Source: a virus (Duplodnaviria; Caudoviricetes). From it: DNA of 26,675 bases. The stretch spans positions 1 through 26,675 of IMG/VR virus record IMGVR_UViG_3300012933_000091, one strand, 5' to 3'. Positions 25,592 through 26,675 of this stretch are shown here, piece after piece (position 1 is the stretch's first letter; each line of letters begins with the position of its first letter). Both the position numbers and the translations under genes were made by a program. The notes below the pieces were generated by a model. The model was not told where the DNA came from. It saw only the letters and a program-made list of their open reading frames with translations, and searched no databases.

Positions 25592-25996
25592 ATGTCAGTA
25601 AACAAGTTCATTGGTATCGGTAACCTGGGGCGTGACCCTGAAATGCGCTTCATGCCTAACGGCAATGCAGTGTGCAACTTCAGCATCGCCATATCCGAGA
25701 AGTACAAAGACAAAAACAGCGGTGATTGGAAAGAAGTCACTGAGTGGGTCAACGTGGTCATGTTTGGCAAGTTGGCTGAAATCGCTGGCGAGTACCTCAA
25801 GAAAGGCTCAAAGGTCTACGTTGAGGGCAAATTGAAGACCGAGAAATACACCGATAAGAACGGTGTGGAGAAGTTTTCGACTAAAGTGGTGGCAGAGAAG
25901 ATGGATATGCTGAATACGCGCACAGAAGGCGCAGCACCATCTAAAGCAGCGCCACCAGAGCCTGAGCCGTTTGACGAGGATAGTATTCCGTTCTGA
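25592..25996 (+). CDS. ssb: Single-stranded DNA-binding protein
   Basis: [26 protein letters not shown], acidic C-terminal DEDSIPF. Confidence 0.97.
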   Translation: MSVNKFIGIGNLGRDPEMRFMPNGNAVCNFSIAISEKYKDKNSGDWKEVTEWVNVVMFGKLAEIAGEYLKKGSKVYVEGKLKTEKYTDKNGVEKFSTKVVAEKMDMLNTRTEGAAPSKAAPPEPEPFDEDSIPF

Positions 25997-26015
25997 GTTC
26001 CTTTGCAGGAGCCTT

Positions 26016-26041
26016 AGCCCCCTTAATTGGGGGCTTTTTTT
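26016..26041 (+). terminator. Rho-independent terminator
   Basis: AGCCCCC-ttaatt-GGGGGCT followed by a T run, 20 nt after ssb. Confidence 0.9.
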
Positions 26042-26081
26042 CATTAGGGAAAATACTTAGAAAATAATTTGCAAGAACTAT

Positions 26082-26132
26082 GTGCAACGTCTTTTTTATG
26101 TGGTTATAATAGTTATCAGAGCAAGACGCTCT
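26082..26132 (+). promoter_or_regulatory. Early promoter with 5' hairpin
   Basis: GTGCAA-17 nt-TATAAT (26105-26110); AT-rich upstream; AGAGC-aagac-GCTCT at 26118-26132. Confidence 0.6.
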
Positions 26133-26159
26133 TAATCATCAATCAAAGGGGTAAACATC

Positions 26160-26417
26160 ATGACAACATTTCAAGCAGTAACACCAGGCGAAGCGCACGT
26201 TTGGGCTTTGGGTTTTCCATTGCCAGAATTGACTAATGCTCAAAAAGCAAATCGTGATTGGGCTTTGGCAGAAGCATTGGATAAAAAGGCTGATGCTGCG
26301 TTTGCCGCAGGTGATGATGCTAAAGGTAAGTATCTTCGTACCCGCGCACTTGGCGCTGCCAATCGTGCTGTTCGTTTTTCAGATTTAGCCAATCAAGGCG
26401 TTCGTTTTTCTAATTAA
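26160..26417 (+). CDS. Hypothetical early protein
   Basis: AAGGGG SD; 85 aa, Ala-rich. Confidence 0.75.
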   Translation: MTTFQAVTPGEAHVWALGFPLPELTNAQKANRDWALAEALDKKADAAFAAGDDAKGKYLRTRALGAANRAVRFSDLANQGVRFSN

Positions 26418-26423
26418 TTAAAC

Positions 26424-26437
26424 GGGGCTACGGCCCC
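26424..26437 (+). other. UNCG-tetraloop hairpin between early genes
   Basis: GGGGC-TACG-GCCCC (C(UACG)G), without a strong U tract. Confidence 0.6.
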
Positions 26438-26455
26438 AACTTTGAAAGTCTAATC

Positions 26456-26623
26456 ATGAAAAAAGCATTTGAAATCTTGGGTCAGGTCACGCTGGCAGTT
26501 GTCATTGGTTCTATCTTGGCTGTGCTGTTCATTGAATGGATGGCTGGATGTGGTGAATCCTATGTGGATGCAAAGGGCGTTACACACGCCAATGAATGCG
26601 TTTTGGTGATGCACCACAAGTAA
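26456..26623 (+). CDS. 55-aa single-TM protein (not in the ORF track)
   Basis: MKKAFEILGQVTLAVVIGSILAVLFIEWMAGCGESYVDAKGVTHANECVLVMHHK. Confidence 0.7.
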   Translation: MKKAFEILGQVTLAVVIGSILAVLFIEWMAGCGESYVDAKGVTHANECVLVMHHK

Positions 26624-26663
26624 TAGTAGTGCTACTATTAGCCCTCATTCAGCAATGGGGGTT
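26621..26663 (+). promoter_or_regulatory. Palindrome overlapping an extended -10, followed by an SD-sequestering hairpin
   Basis: TAATAGTAG-tg-CTACTATTA; TGcTACTAT; AGCCCTCATT-cagc-AATGGGGGTT before ATG 26666. Confidence 0.5.
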
Positions 26664-26675
26664 ATATGGCAAACG

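Noticed and set aside
26424-26445. GGGGC-TACG-GCCCC as an intrinsic terminator
   Set aside because: Followed by AACTTT rather than a U run; retained only as a stable hairpin
1-26675. Stop-codon reassignment, tRNA genes, integrase or att site
   Set aside because: Genes tile densely under the standard code; no cloverleaf or recombinase recognised by eye, and no intergenic gap looked tRNA-like

Overview
This is a 26.7-kb segment of a tailed dsDNA phage with a siphovirus-type tail module. A proteobacterial, probably aquatic, host is inferred from the SSB type and gene families and is not proven. + strand 1-19434 is the late region. It contains an HK97 gp10-like tail completion gene, tail assembly chaperones joined by a lambda G/GT-type -1 frameshift, a 639-aa tape measure, distal tail and hub proteins, a GNAT and a 1080-aa tail tip. 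An accessory fibre cassette follows (Thr-rich collagen-like protein, small adaptor, two paralogous triple-LamG proteins, chaperone, GT2-TPR glycosyltransferase), then a lysis cluster (membrane proteins, GTA-type 3TM holin, M15A endolysin). - strand 19400-23571 carries small middle genes, a Ref/HNH-like nuclease, a replication initiator with an internal origin candidate, and rusA. + strand 23646-end carries a Red-like recombination operon (Sak, MazG-like, YqaJ exonuclease, SSB), a terminator and small early genes. No integrase, repressor, tRNA, CRISPR array or reverse transcriptase was seen. The two most notable observations are (1) a ~110-nt promoter-proximal leader upstream of the replication genes, made of two hairpins with exactly complementary 7-nt loops, the second being a terminator, and (2) a putative self-glycosylated collagen fibre with exchangeable lectin heads. 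All product calls come from motif recognition by eye; no searches were run.
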